Origin: the human T2T-CHM13v2.0 reference genome, Homo sapiens
Length of the DNA: 64,000 nucleotides
Reading direction: 5' to 3' (one strand)
Assembly (NCBI RefSeq): GCF_009914755.1
Contig: NC_060928.1
Positions within the stretch are counted from its first letter, which is position 1. Each line of letters starts with the position of its first letter. The notes beneath the pieces are model-generated. The model ran no database searches. It saw only the letters and a list, made by a program, of their open reading frames with translations, and was not told the DNA's origin. This document shows, piece after piece, positions 46,801 through 61,600 of this stretch. The position numbers and the translations under genes are program-made.

Positions 46801-49800
46801 TCCTTTCCACTCAGGGTGATTCAATTCCATTCCATTCCAATGCATTCCATTCCAGCTGATACCATTGCATTGCATTGTTTCCATTCCATTCCTTTCTATT
46901 CCATTACATTACATTCCACTCGGTTTGATTCATTTCCATTCCATTCAATTCCATTCCATTCCATTCGTCTCGGGTTGATTCCATTCCATTCCATGCCCTT
47001 TTATTCCATTCCATTCCACTCCATTCCATTCCATTCCATTCCATTCCATTCCATTCCATACCATTCCAACACAGTTGATTGCATGCTATTCCATTCCATT
47101 CTATTCCATTCCATTCCATTCCACTCCATTCCATTCCATTCCATTCCATTCCATTCCATTCCATTCCATTCCATTCCACTTGGGTTGATTCCATTCCATT
47201 CCATTCCATTCCATTCCACTTGGGTTGATTCCATTCCATTCAATTCCATTCCGTTCCGTTCCGTTCCATTCCATTCCATTCTGTTCCATTCCATTTCATT
47301 CCATTGCATTCCACTCAGGTTTATTCCATTCCATTCCATTCCATTCCATTCCATTCCATACCCTTCGGGTTGATTCCTTCCCATTCCATTCCATTCCATA
47401 CCATTCCACTCCATTCCGTTCCATTCCATTCGGGTTGATTCTGTTCCATTCCATGCCCTTTTGTTCCATTCCATTCCATTCCATTCCATACCATTCCACC
47501 AAAGTTGATTGTATGTTATTCCATTCCATTCCATTCCATTCCTTTCCATTCCATTCCATTCCATTCCATTCCATTCCATTCCATTCCATTCCACTCGGGT
47601 TGATTCCATTCCATTCAATTCCGTTCCGTTCCGTTCCGTTCCATTCCATTCCATTCCATTTCATTCCATTGCATTCCACTCGGGTTGATTCCATTCCTTT
47701 CCATTCCATTCCATTCCATTCCATTCCATTCCATTCCATACCCTTCGGGTTGATTCCTTTCCATTCCATTCCATTCCATACCATTCCACTCTATTCCGCT
47801 CCATTCCATTTGGGTTGATTCCATTCCATTCCATGCCCTTTTATTCCATTCCTTTCCACTCCATTCCATTCCATACCATTCCACCAAAATTGATTGCATG
47901 TTATTCCATTCCATTCCATTCCATTCCTTTCCACTCGGGTTGATTCCATTCCATTCAATTCCGTTCCGTTCCGTTCCATTCCATTCCATTTCATTCCATT
48001 GCATTCCACTCGGGTTGATTCCATTCCATTCCATTCCATTCCATTCCATTCCATTCCATTCCATTCCATACCCTTCAGGTTGATTCCTTTCCATTCCATT
48101 CCATTCCATGCCATTCCACTCCATTCCGCTCCATTCCATTCGGGTTGATTCCGTTCCATTCCATGCCCTTTTATTCCATTCCATTCCATTCCATTCCATT
48201 CCATTCCATTCCATTCCATTCCATTCCATTCCACTCGGGTTGTTTCCATTCCATTCCTTTCCATTTCATTCTATTCCATTCCATTCCATTCCATTCCATT
48301 CCATTCCATTCCATTCCATTCCATTCTATTTCATTCCATTCCACTCCATTCCATTCCATTCCTCTCTGGTTATTCCATTCCATTCCATTCCATTCCACTC
48401 GAGTTGTTTCCATTCCATTCCATTCCATTTTATTCCATTCCATTCCATTCCACTCAGGTAGATTCCATTCCATTGCATTCCATTCCATTCCGTTCCGTTC
48501 CATTCCATTCCATTCCATTCCATTCCATTAAATTCCATTCCATTCCATTCCACTCGGGTAGATTCCATTCCATTCCATTTCGTTAGTTTCTAATCGGGTT
48601 GATTCCAATCCATTCCATTCTATTCACGTCCTTTCCATTCCATGCCATTCCACTCGGGTTGTTTCCCTTTTGTTGTATTCCATTCCATTCCATTCCATTC
48701 CATTCCATTCCATTCCATTCCATTCCTTTCCATTCCATTCCATTGCATTCCATTCCACTCGGGTTGTTTCCATTCCGTTCCATTAGTTTCCATTCCATTC
48801 CATTCGTTTCCATTCCATTCCATTCCATTCCTTTCCACTCAGGGTGATTCCATTCCATTCCATTCCAATGCATTCCATTCCAGTTGATACCATTGCATTG
48901 CATTGTTTCCGTGCCATTCCATTCCATTCCATTCCATTCCATTCCATTCCATTCCACTCGGGTTGTTTCCATTGCATTCCTTTCCATTTCATTCCATTCC
49001 ATTCCATTCCATTCCATTCTATTCCATTCGATTCCACTCCATTCCATTCCATTCCTCTCCGGTTATTCCATTCCATTGCATTCCATTCCACTCGGGTTGT
49101 TTCCATTCCATTCGATTCCATTTTATTCCATTCCATTCCGTTCCATTACATTCCGTTCTATACCATTCCACTCAGGTTGATTCCATACCAATCTATTCCA
49201 TTCCACTCCAATAAATTCCATTCCATTCCATTCCACTCGGGTAGATTCCATTATATTCCATTCCATTCCGTTCCACTGCATTCCATTCCATTCCATTCCA
49301 TTCCATTCCATTCCATTCCATTCCATTCCATTCCATTCCATTCCATTAAATTCCATTCCATTCCATTCCACTCGGGTAGATTCCATTCCATTCCATTCCA
49401 TTCCATTAGTTTCTAATCGGGTTGATTCCAATCCATTCCATTATATTCAAGTCCTTTCCATTCCATGCCATTCCACTCGGGTTGTTTCCATTTTGTTGTA
49501 TTCCATTCCATTCCATTCCATTCCATTCCATTCCATTCCATTGCATTCCATTCCATTGCATTCCATTCCATTCCATTGCATTCCATTCCATTGTATTCCA
49601 TTCCACTCGGGTTGTTTCCATTCCTTTCCATTAGTTTCCATTCCATTCCATTCCTTTCCATTCCATTCCATTCTATTCCTTTCCACTCAGGGTGATTCCA
49701 TTCCATTCCATTCCAATGCATTCCATTCCAGTTGATACCATTGCATTGCGTTGTTTCCATTCCATTCCAATCCATTCCATTCCATTCCATTCCATTCCAT

Positions 49801-52734
49801 TCCACTCCGTTTTATTCATTGCCATTCCATTCCATTCCATTTCATTCCTCTCGGGTTGATTCCATTCCATTCCACGCCCCTTTATTCCATTCCATTCCAT
49901 TCCATTCCATTCCATTCCATTCCACACCATTCCACCAAAGTTGATTGCATGCTATTCCATTCCATAGCATTCCATTCTATTCCATTCCATTCCATTCCAT
50001 TCCATTCCATTCCATTCCATTCCATTCCTTTCCACTTGGGTTGATTCCATTCCATTCAATTCCGTTCCGTTCCGTTCCATTCCATTCCATTCCATTCCAT
50101 TTCATTCCATTGTTTTCCACTCGGGTTGATTCCATTCCATTCCATTCCATTCCATTCCATACACTTCGGGTTGATTCGTTTCCATTCCATTCCATTCCAT
50201 ACAATTCCACTCCATTCCGTTCCATTCCATTCGGGTTGATTCTGTTCCATTCCATGCCCTTTTATTCCATTCCATTCCATTCCATTCCATTCCATACCAT
50301 TCCACCAAAGTTGATTGCATGTTATTCCATTCCATTCCATTCCATTCCATTCCATTCCATTCCATTCCATACCATTCCACCGAAGTTGATTGCATGTTAT
50401 TCCATTCCATTCCATTCCATTCCATTCCATTCCATTCCATTCCATTCCACTCGAGTTGATTCCATTCTATTCAATTCCGTTCTGTTCCGTTCCATTCCAT
50501 TCCATTCCATTCCATTTCATTCCATTGCATTCCACTCGAGTTCATTCCATTCCTTTCCATTCCATTCCATTCCATTCAATTCCATACCGTTCGGGTTGAT
50601 TCCTTTCCATTCCATTAAATATCATTCCACTCCATTCCGCTCCATTCCATTCGGGTTGATTCCGTTCCATTCCATGCCCTTTTATTCCATTCCATTCCAT
50701 TCCATTCCATTCCATTCCATTCCATACCATTCCACCAAAGTTGATTGCATGTTATTCCATTCCATTCCATTTCATTCCATTCAATTCCATTCCATTCCAT
50801 TCCTTTCCACTCGGGTTGATTCCATTACATTCAATTCCGTTCCATTCCATTCCGTTCCATTCCGTTCCATTGCATTGCATTTCATTCCATTGCATTCCAC
50901 TCGGGTTGATTCCATACCATTCCATTCCATTCCATTCCATTCCATTCCATTCCATTCCATACCCTTCGGGTTGATTCCTTTCCATTCCATTCTATTCCAT
51001 ACCATTCCACTCCATTCCATTCCATTCGGGTTGATTACATTCCATTCCGTTCCGTTCCATTCCATTCCATACCATTCCACTAGGGTTGATTCCATACCAT
51101 TCCATTTCATTGCATTCCATTCCATTCCATTCGACTCGGGTTGATTCCATTCCATTCCATTCCAATGCATTCCATTCCAGTTGATACCATTGAATTGCAT
51201 TGTTTCCATTCCATTCCATTCCACTTGATTTGATTCATTTCCATTCCATTCCATTCCATTCCATTCCATTCCATTCCATTCCATACCATTCCACCAAATT
51301 TGATTGCATGCTATTCCATTCCATTCCGTTCCATTCCTTTCCACTTGGGTTGATTCCATTCCATTCAATTCCGTTCCGTTCTGTCCCGTTCCGTGCCATT
51401 CCATTTCATTACATTTCATTCCATTGCATTCCACTCGGGTTGATTCCATTCCATTCCATTCCATTCCATTCCATTCCATTCCATTCCATTCCATTCCATT
51501 CCATTCCATTCCCTTCGGATTGATTCCTTTCCATTCCATTCCATTCCATACCAATCCACTCCATTCCGTTCCATTCCATTCGGGTTGATTTGGTTCCATT
51601 CCATGCCCTTTTATTCCATTCTATTCCATTCCATTCCATTCCATTCCATTCCATTCCATTCCATTCCATACCATTCTACCAAAGTTGATTGCATGTTATT
51701 CCATTCCATTCCATTCCATTCCATTCCATTCCATTCCATTCCATTCCATTCCATTCCATTCCACTCGGGTTGATTCCATTCCTTTCAATTCCGTTCCATT
51801 CCTTTCCATTCCATTCCATTTCATTCCATTGTATTCCACTCGGGTTGATTCCATTCCTTTCCATTCCATTCCATTCCATTCCATTCCATTCCATTCCATT
51901 CCATTCCATTCCATTGCATTCCATTCCATTCCATACCCTTCGGGTTGATTCCTTTCCATTTCATTACATTCCATACCATTCCACTCCATTCTGTTCCATT
52001 CCATTCGGGTTGACTCTGTTCCATTCCATGCCCTTTTATTCCATTCCATTCCATTCCATTCCATACCATTCCACCAAAGTTGACTGCATGTTATTCCATT
52101 CCACTCCATTCCATTCCATTCCATTCCATTCCATTCCATTCCATTCCATTCCATTCCATTCCATTCCTTTCCACTCGGGTTCATTCCATTCAATTCAATT
52201 CCGTTCCGTTCCTCTCTGTTCCGTTCCATTCCATTCCATTTCATTCCATTGCATTCCACTCGGGATGATTCCATTCCATTCCATTCCATTCCATTCCATT
52301 CCATTCCATTCCCTTCGAGTTGATTCCTTTCCATTCCATTCCATTCCATACCATACCACTCCATTCCCTTCTATTCTATTCGGGTTGATTCCGTTCCATT
52401 CCTTGCACTTTTATTCCATTCCATTCCATTCCATTCCGTTCCATTCCATTCCATACCATTCCACCAAAGTTGATTGCATGTTATTCCATTCCATTCTATT
52501 CCATTCCATTCCATTCCCTTCCATTCCTTTTCCACTCGGGTTGATTCCATTCCATTCAATTCCGTTCCGTTCCGTTCCATTCCATTCCATTCCATTCCAT
52601 ACCCTTCGGGTTGATTCCCTTCCATTCCATGTCATTCCATATCATTCCACTCCATTCCGCTCCATTCCATTCTGGTTGATTCCATTCCATTCCATGCCCT
52701 TTCATTCCATTCCATTCCATTCCATTCCATTCCA

Positions 52735-53420
52735 TTCCATACCATTCCACCAAAGTTGATTGCATATTATTCCATTCCATTCCATACCATTCCATTCCAC
52801 TCGGTTTGTTTCCATTCCATTCCTTTCCATTTCATTCTAATCCATTCCATTCCATTCCATTCTATTCCATTCCATTCCACTCCATTCCATTCCATTCCTC
52901 TCCGGTTATTCCATTCCATTCCATTCCATTCCACTCGGGTTGTTTCCATTCCATTCCATTCCATTTTATTCCGTTCCATTCCATTACATTACATTCTATA
53001 CCATTCCACTCGGGTTGATTCCATACCATTCTGTTCCATTCCATTCCATTCCATTCCATTCCATTCCATTCCATTCCATTCCATACCATTCCACCAAAGT
53101 TGATTGCATGTTATTCCATTCCATTCCATACCATTCCATTCCACTCGGTTTGTTTCCATTCCATTCCTTTCCATTTCATTCTAATCCATTCCATTCCATT
53201 CCATTCTATTCCATTCCATTCCACTCCATTCCATTCCATTCCTCTCCGGTTATTCCATTCCATTCCATTCCATTCCACTCGGGTTGTTTCCATTCCATTC
53301 CATTCCATTTTATTCCGTTCCATTCCATTACATTACATTCTATACCATTCCACTCGGGTTGATTCCATACCATTCTGTTCCATTCCATTCCATTCCATTC
53401 CATTCCATTCCATTCCATTC
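52735..53420 (+). repeat. 344 bp tandem duplication within HSat3
   Basis: ORFs 52767-52979 and 53111-53323 are identical; 52756/53100, 52862/53206 and 52940/53284 share the 344 offset. Confidence 0.88.
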
Positions 53421-54639
53421 CATTCCGTTCCATTCCATTCCATTAAATTCCATTCCATTCCATTCCACTTGGGTAGATTCCATTCCATTCCATTCCATTC
53501 CATTCCATTCCATTCCATTCCATTCCATTAGTTTCTAATCGGGTGATTCCAATCCATTCCATTATATTCAAGTCCTTTCCATTCCATGCCATTCCACTCG
53601 GGTTGTTTCCATTTTATTGTATTCCATTCCATTCCATTCCATTCCATTCCTTTCCACTCAGGGTGATTCAATTCCTTTCCATTCCAATGCATTCCATTCC
53701 AGCTGATACCATTGCATTGCATTGTTTCCATTCCATTCCTTTCTATTCCATTCCATTACATTCCACTCGGTTTGATTCATTTCCATTCCATTCAATTCCA
53801 TTCCATTCCATTCCATTCCATTCCATTCGTCTCGGGTTGATTCCATTCCATTCCATGCCCTTTTATTCCATTCCATTCCATTCCATTCCATTCCATTCCA
53901 TTCCATTCCATTCCATACCATTCCTACAAAGTTGATTGCATGCTATTCCATTCCATTCTATTCCATTCCATTCCATTCCACTCCATTCCATTCCATTCCA
54001 TTCCATTCCACTTGGGTTGATTCCATTCCATTCAATTCCATTCCGTTCCGTTCCGTTCCATTCCATTCCATTCCATTCTGTTCCATTCCATTTCTTTCCA
54101 TTGCATTCCACTCAGGTTTATTCCATTCCATTCCATTCCATTCCATTCCATTCCATTCCATTCCATACCCTTCGGGTTGATTCCTTCCCATTCCATTCCA
54201 TTCCATACCATTCCACTCCATTCCGTTCCATTCCATTCGGGTTGATTCTGTTCCATTCCATGCCCTTTTGTTCCATTCCATTCCATTCCATTCCATACCA
54301 TTCCACCAAAGTTGATTGTATGTTATTCCATTCCATTCCATTCCATTCCTTTCCATTCCATTCCATTCCATTCCATTCCATTCCATTCCATTCCATTCCA
54401 TTCCATTCCATTCCACTCGGGTTGATTCCATTCCATTCAATTCCGTTCCGTTCCGTTCCGTTCCATTCCATTCCATTCCATTTCATTCCATTGCATTCCA
54501 CTCGGGTTGATTCCATTCCTTTCCATTCCATTCCATTCCATTCCATTCCATTCCATTCCACTCGGGTTGATTCCATTCCATTCCATTCCATTCCATTCCA
54601 TTCCATTCCATTCCATTCCACTCCATTCCATTCCATTCC

Positions 54640-57600
54640 TCTCCGGTTATTCCATTCCATTCCACTCGGGTTGTTTCCATTCCATTCCATTCCATTTTAT
54701 TCCATTCCATTCCGTTTCATTACATTCCATTCTATACCATTCCACTTGGGTTGATTCCATACCATTCTATTCCATTCCATTCCAGTAAATTCCATTCCAT
54801 TCCATTCCACTCGGGTAGATTCCATTCCATTCCATTCCATTCCATTCCATTCCATTCCATTCCATTAGTTTCTAATCGGGTTGATTCCAATCCATTCCAT
54901 TATATTCAAATCCTTTCCATTCCATGCCATTCCACTCGGTTTGTTTCCATTTTGTTGTATTCCATTCCATTCCATCCCATTCCATTCCATTCCATTTCAT
55001 TCCATTCCACTCGGGTTGTTTCCATTCCGTTCCATTAGTTTCCATTCCATTCCTTTCCATTCCATTCCACTCATGGTGATTCCTTTCCTTTCCATTCTAA
55101 TTCATTCCATTCCAGTTGATACCATTGCATTGCATTGTTTCCATTCCATTCCATTCCATTCCATTCCATTCCATTCCATTCCATTCCATTCCATTCCACT
55201 CGGTTTGATTCATTTCCATTCCATTCCTTTCCATTCCTCTCGTGTTGATTCCATTCCATTCCATGCCCTTTTATTCCATTCCATTCCATTCCATTCCATT
55301 CCATTCCATACCTTTACACCAAAGTTGATTGCATGCTATTCCATTCCATTCCATTCCATTCCATTCCATTCCGTTCTGTTCCGTTCCGTTCCGTTCCATT
55401 CCATTCCATTCCATTCCATTGCATTCCACTGGGGTTGATTCCATTCCATTCCATTCCATTCCATTCCATTCCATTCCATTCCATTCCATATCTTTCCACC
55501 AAAGTTGATTGCATGCTATTCCATTCCATTCCATTCCATTCCATTCCATTCCATTCCATTCCGTTCCTTTCCTCTTGGGTTGATTCCATTCCATTCAATT
55601 CCGTTCCATTCCGTTCCGTTCCGTTCCATTCCATTCCATTCCATTGCATTCCACTGGGGTTGATTCCATTCCATTCCATTCCATTCCATTCCATTCCATT
55701 CCATTCCATTCCATTCCATACCCTTCGGGTTGATTCCTTTCCATTCCATTCCATTCTATACCATTCCACTTCATTCCGTTCCATTCCATTCGGGTTGATT
55801 CTGTTCCATTCCATGCCCTTTTATTCCATTCCATTCCATTCCATACCATTCCAAAAAGTTGATTGCATGTTATTCCATTCCATTCCATTCCATTCCTTTC
55901 CACTCGGGTTGATTCCACTCCATTCAATTCCGTTCCATTCCGTTCCGTTTCTTTCCGTTCCATTCCATTGCGTTTCATTCCATTGCATTCCACTAGGGTT
56001 GATTCCATTCCTTTGCATTCCATTCAATTCCATTCCATACCCTTCGGTTTGATTCCTTTCCATTCCATTCCATTCCATACCATTCCACTCCATTCCGCTC
56101 CATTCCATTCTGTTTGATTCCGTTCCATTCCATGCCCTTTTATTCCATTCCAATCCATTCCATTCCATACCATTCCACCAAAGTTGATTGCATGTTCCAT
56201 TCCATTCCATTCCATTCCTTTCCATTCCATTCCATTCCATTCCATTCCATTCCATTCCATTCCATTCCATTCCATTCCATTCCATTCCATTCCTTTCCAC
56301 TCGGGTTGTTTCCATTCCATTCAATTCCATTCCGTTCCGTTCCGTTCCATTCCCTTCCATTTCATTCCATTGCATTCCACTCGGGTTGATTCCATTCCTT
56401 TCCATTCCATTCCATTCCATATCATTCCACTCCATTCCGCTCCATTCTATTCGGGTTGATTCCGTTCTATTCCATCCCCCTTTATTCCATTCCATTCCAT
56501 TCTATTCCATTCCATTCCATACCATTCCACCAAAGTTGATTGCATGTTATTCCATTCCATTCCATTCCATTTCATTCAATTCTATTCCATTCCATTCCTT
56601 TCCACTCGGGTTGATTCCATTCCATTCCATTCTGTTCCGTTCCATTCCATTCCATTCCATTCCATTTCATTCCATTGCATTCCACTCGGGTTGATTTCAT
56701 TCCATTCCATTCCATTCCATTCCATTCCATTCCATTCCATTCCATTCCATTCCCTTCACGTTGATTCCTTTCCATTCCATTCCATTCCATACCATTCCAC
56801 TCCATTCCATTCCATTCCATTCGGGTTGATTCCATTCCATTCCGGTCCGTTCCATTCCATTCCATACCATTCCACTAGGGTTGATTCCATGCCATTCCAT
56901 TCCATTGCATTCCATTCCATTCCATTCCACTCGGGTTGATTCCATTCCATTCCATTCCATTCCATTCCATTCTATTCCATTCCATTCCATTCCACTCGGG
57001 TTGATTCCATTCCATTCCATTCCATTCCATTCCATTCCATTCCACTCCATTTCATTCCATTCCTCTCCGGTTATTCCATTCCATTCCACTCGGGTTGTTT
57101 CCATTCCATTCCATTCCATTTTATTCCATTCCATTCCGTTTCATTACATTCCATTCTATACCATTCCACTCGGGTTGATTCCATACCATTCTATTCCATT
57201 CCATTCCAGTAAATTCCATTCCATTCCATTCCACTCGGGTAGATTCCATTCCATTCCATTCCATTCCATTCCATTCCATTCCATTCCATTAGTTTCTAAT
57301 CGGGTTGATTCCAATCCATTCCATTATATTCAAATCCTTTCCATTCCATGCCATTCCACTCGATTTGTTTCCATTTTGTTGTATTCCATTCCATTCCATC
57401 CCATTCCATTCCATTCCATTTCATTCCATTCCACTCGGGTTGTTTCCATTCCGTTCCATTAGTTTCCATTCCATTCCTTTCCATTCCATTCCACTCATGG
57501 TGATTCCTTTCCTTTCCATTCTAATTCATTCCATTCCAGTTGATACCATTGCATTGCATTGTTTCCATTCCATTCCATTCCATTCCATTCCATTCCATTC

Positions 57601-60600
57601 CACTCGGTTTGATTCATTTCCATTCCATTCCTTTCCATTCCTCTCGTGTTGATTCCATTCCATTCCATGCCCTTTTATTCCATTCCATTCCATTCCATTC
57701 CATTCCATTCCATTCCATTCCATACCTTTCCACCAAAGTTGATTGCATGCTATTCCATTCCATTCCATTCCATTCCGTTCCGTTCTGTTCCGTTCCGTTC
57801 CGTTCCATTCCATTCCATTCCATTCCATTGCATTCCACTGGGGTTGATTCCATTCCATTCCATTCCATTCCATTCCATTCCATTCCATTCCATTCCATTC
57901 CATACCTTTCCACCAAAGTTGATTGCATGCTATTCCATTCCATTCCATTCCATTCCATTCCATTCCATTCCATTCCATTCCGTTCCTTTCCTCTTGGGTT
58001 GATTCCATTCCATTCAATTCCGTTCCATTCCGTTCCGTTCCGTTCCATTCCATTCCATTCCATTGCATTCCACTGGGGTTGATTCCATTCCATTCCATTC
58101 CATTCCATTCCATTCCATTCCATTCCATTCCATTCCATTCCATTCCCTTCGGGTTGATTCCTTTCCATTCCATTCCATTCTATACCATTCCACTTCATTC
58201 CGTTCCATTCCATTCGGGTTGATTCTGTTCCATTCCATGCCCTTTTATTCCATTCCATTCCATTCCATACCATTCCAAAAAGTTGATTGCATGTTATTCC
58301 ATTCCATTCCATTCCATTCCTTTCCGCTCGGGTTGATTCCACTCCATTCAATTCCGTTCCATTCCGTTCCGTTCCTTTCCGTTCCATTCCATTGCGTTTC
58401 ATTCCATTGCATTCCACTAGGGTTGATTCCATTCCTTTGCATTCCATTCAATTCCATTCCATACCCTTCGGTTTGATTCGTTTGCATTCCATTCCATTCC
58501 ATACCATTCCACTCCATTCCGCTCCATTCCATTCTGTTTGATTCCGTTCCATTCCATGCCCTTTTATTCCATTCCAATCCATTCCATTCCATACCATTCC
58601 ACCAAAGTTGATTGCATGTTCCATTCCATTCCATTCCATTCCTTTCCATTCCATTCCATTCCATTCCATTCCATTCCATTCCATTCCATTCCATTCCATT
58701 CCTTTCCACTCGGGTTGTTTCCATTCCATTCAATTCCATTCCGTTCCGTTCCGTTCCGTTCCATTCCCTTCCATTTCATTCCATTGCATTCCACTCGGGT
58801 TGATTCCATTCCTTTCCATTCCATTCCATTCCATATCATTCCACTCCATTCCGCTCCATTCTATTCGGGTTGATTCCGTTCTATTCCATCCCCCTTTATT
58901 CCATTCCATTCCATTCTATTCCATTCCATTCCATACCATTCCACCAAAGTTGATTGCATGTTATTCCATTCCATTCCATTCCATTTCATTCAATTCCATT
59001 CCATTCCATTCCTTTCCACTCGGGTTGATTCCATTCCATTCCATTCTGTTCCGTTCCATTCCATTCCATTCCATTCCATTTCATTCCATTGCATTCCACT
59101 CGGGTTGATTTCATTCCATTCCATTCCATTCCATTCCATTCCATTCCAATCCATTCCATTCCCTTCGCGTTGATTCCTTTCCATTCCATTCCATTCCATA
59201 CCATTCCACTCCATTCCATTCCATTCCATTCGGGTTGATTCCATTCCATTCCGGTCCGTTCAATTCCATTCCATACCATTCCACTAGGGTTGATTCCATG
59301 CCATTCCATTCCATTGCATTCCATTCCATTCCATTCCACTCGGGTTGATTCCATTCCATTCCATTCTATTCCATTCCATTCTATTCCATTCCATTCCATT
59401 CCACTCGGGTTGATTCCATTCCATTCCATTCCATTCCATTCCATTCCATTCCACTCCATTCCATTCCATTCCTCTCCGGTTATTCCATTCCATTCCACTC
59501 GGGTTGTTTCCATTCCATTCCATTCCATTTTATTCCATTCCATTCCGTTTCATTACATTCCATTCTATACCATTCCACTCGGGTTGATTCCATACCATTC
59601 TATTCCATTCCATTCCAGTAAATTCCATTCCATTCCATTCCACTCGGGTAGATTCCATTCCATTCCATTCCATTCCATTCCATTCCATTCCATTCCATTC
59701 CATTCCATTCCATTAGTTTCTAATCGGGTTGATTCCAATCCATTCCATTATATTCAAATCCTTTCCATTCCATGCCATTCCACTCGGTTTGTTTCCATTT
59801 TGTTGTATTCCATTCCATTCCATCCCATTCCATTCCATTCCATTTCATTCCATTCCACTCGGGTTGTTTCCATTCCGTTCCATTAGTTTCCATTCCATTC
59901 CTTTCCATTCCATTCCACTCATGGTGATTCCTTTCCTTTCCATTCTAATTCATTCCATTCCAGTTGATACCATTGCATTGCATTGTTTCCATTCCATTCC
60001 ATTCCATTCCATTCCATTCCATTCCATTCCACTCGGTTTGATTCATTTCCATTCCATTCCTTTCCATTCCTCTCGTGTTGATTCCATTCCATTCCATGCC
60101 CTTTTATTCCATTCCATTCCATTCCATTCCATTCCATTCCATTCCATTCCATTCCATACCTTTCCACCAAAGTTGATTGCATGCTATTCCATTTCATTCC
60201 ATTCCATACCATTCCATTCCATTCCGTTCCTTTTATCTTGGGTTGATTCCATTCCATTCAATTCCTTTCCGTTCCGTTCCGTTCCATTCCATTCCATTCC
60301 ATTCCATTCCATTGCATTCCACTGGGGTTGATTCCATTCCATTCCATTCCATTCCATTCCATTCCTTTCCATACCCTTCGGGTTGATTCCTTTCCAATCC
60401 ATTCCATTCTATACCATTCCACTTCATTCCGTTCCATTCCTTTCGGGTTGATTCTGTTCCATTCCATGCCCTTTTATTCCATTCCATTCCATTCCATACC
60501 ATTCCACCAAAGTTGATTGCATGTTATTCCATTCCATTCCATTCCATTCCATTCCTTTCCACTCGGGTTGATTCCACTCCATTCAATTCCGTTCCGTTCC

Positions 60601-61600
60601 GTTCCTTTCCGTTCCATTCCATTGCGTTTCATTCCATTGCATTCCACTAGGGTTGATTCCATTCCTTTCCATTCCATTCCATTCCATTCCATACCCTTCG
60701 GTTTGATTCCTTTCCATTCCATTCCATTCCATACCATTCCACTCCATTCCGCTCCATTCCATTCGGTTTAATTCCGTTCCATTCCATGCCCTTTTATTCC
60801 ATTCCATTCCATTCCATTCCATACCATTCCACCAAAGTTGATTGCATGTTCCATTCCATTCCATTCCATTCCATTCCATTCCATTCCATTCCATTCCATT
60901 CCATTCCATTCCATTCAATTCCATTCCATTCCATTCCATTCCTTTCCACTCGGGTTGTTTCCATTCCATTCAATTCCATTCCGTTCCGTTCCGTTCCGTT
61001 CCAGTCCATTCCATTTCATTCCATTGCATTCCACTCGGGTTGATTCCATTCCTTTCCATTCCATTCCATTCCATATCATTCCACTCCATTCCGCTCCATT
61101 CTATTCGGGTTGATTCCGTTCTATTCCATCCCCCTTTATTCCATTCCATTCCATTCTATTCCATTCCATTCCATACCATTCCACCAAAGTTGATTGCATG
61201 TTATTCCATTCCATTCCATTCCATTCCATTCCATTCCATTCCATTCCATTCAATTCCATTCCATTCCATTCCTTTCCACTCGGGTTGATTCCATTCCATT
61301 CCATTCTGTTCCGTTCCGTTCCGTTACATTCCATTCCATTTCATTCCATTGCATTCCACTCGGGTTGATTTCATTCCATTCCATTCCATTCCATTCCATT
61401 CCATTCCATTCCATTCCATACCCTTCGCGTTGATTCCTTTCCATTCCATTCCATTCCATACCATTCCACTCCATTCCATTCCATTCCATTCGGGTTGATT
61501 CCATTCCATTCCGGTCCGTTCCGTTCCATTCCATACCATTCCACTAGGGTTGTTTCCATGCCATTCCATTCCATTGCATTCCATTCCATTCCATTCCACT
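54640..61600 (+). repeat. ~2.42 kb higher-order repeat in HSat3, about three copies
   Basis: Marker TAGTTTCTAATCGGG at 54866, 57290 and 59714 (2424, 2424); matching ORFs 54872/57296/59720, 55863/58287, 56114/58538; third copy internally shorter. Confidence 0.87.
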
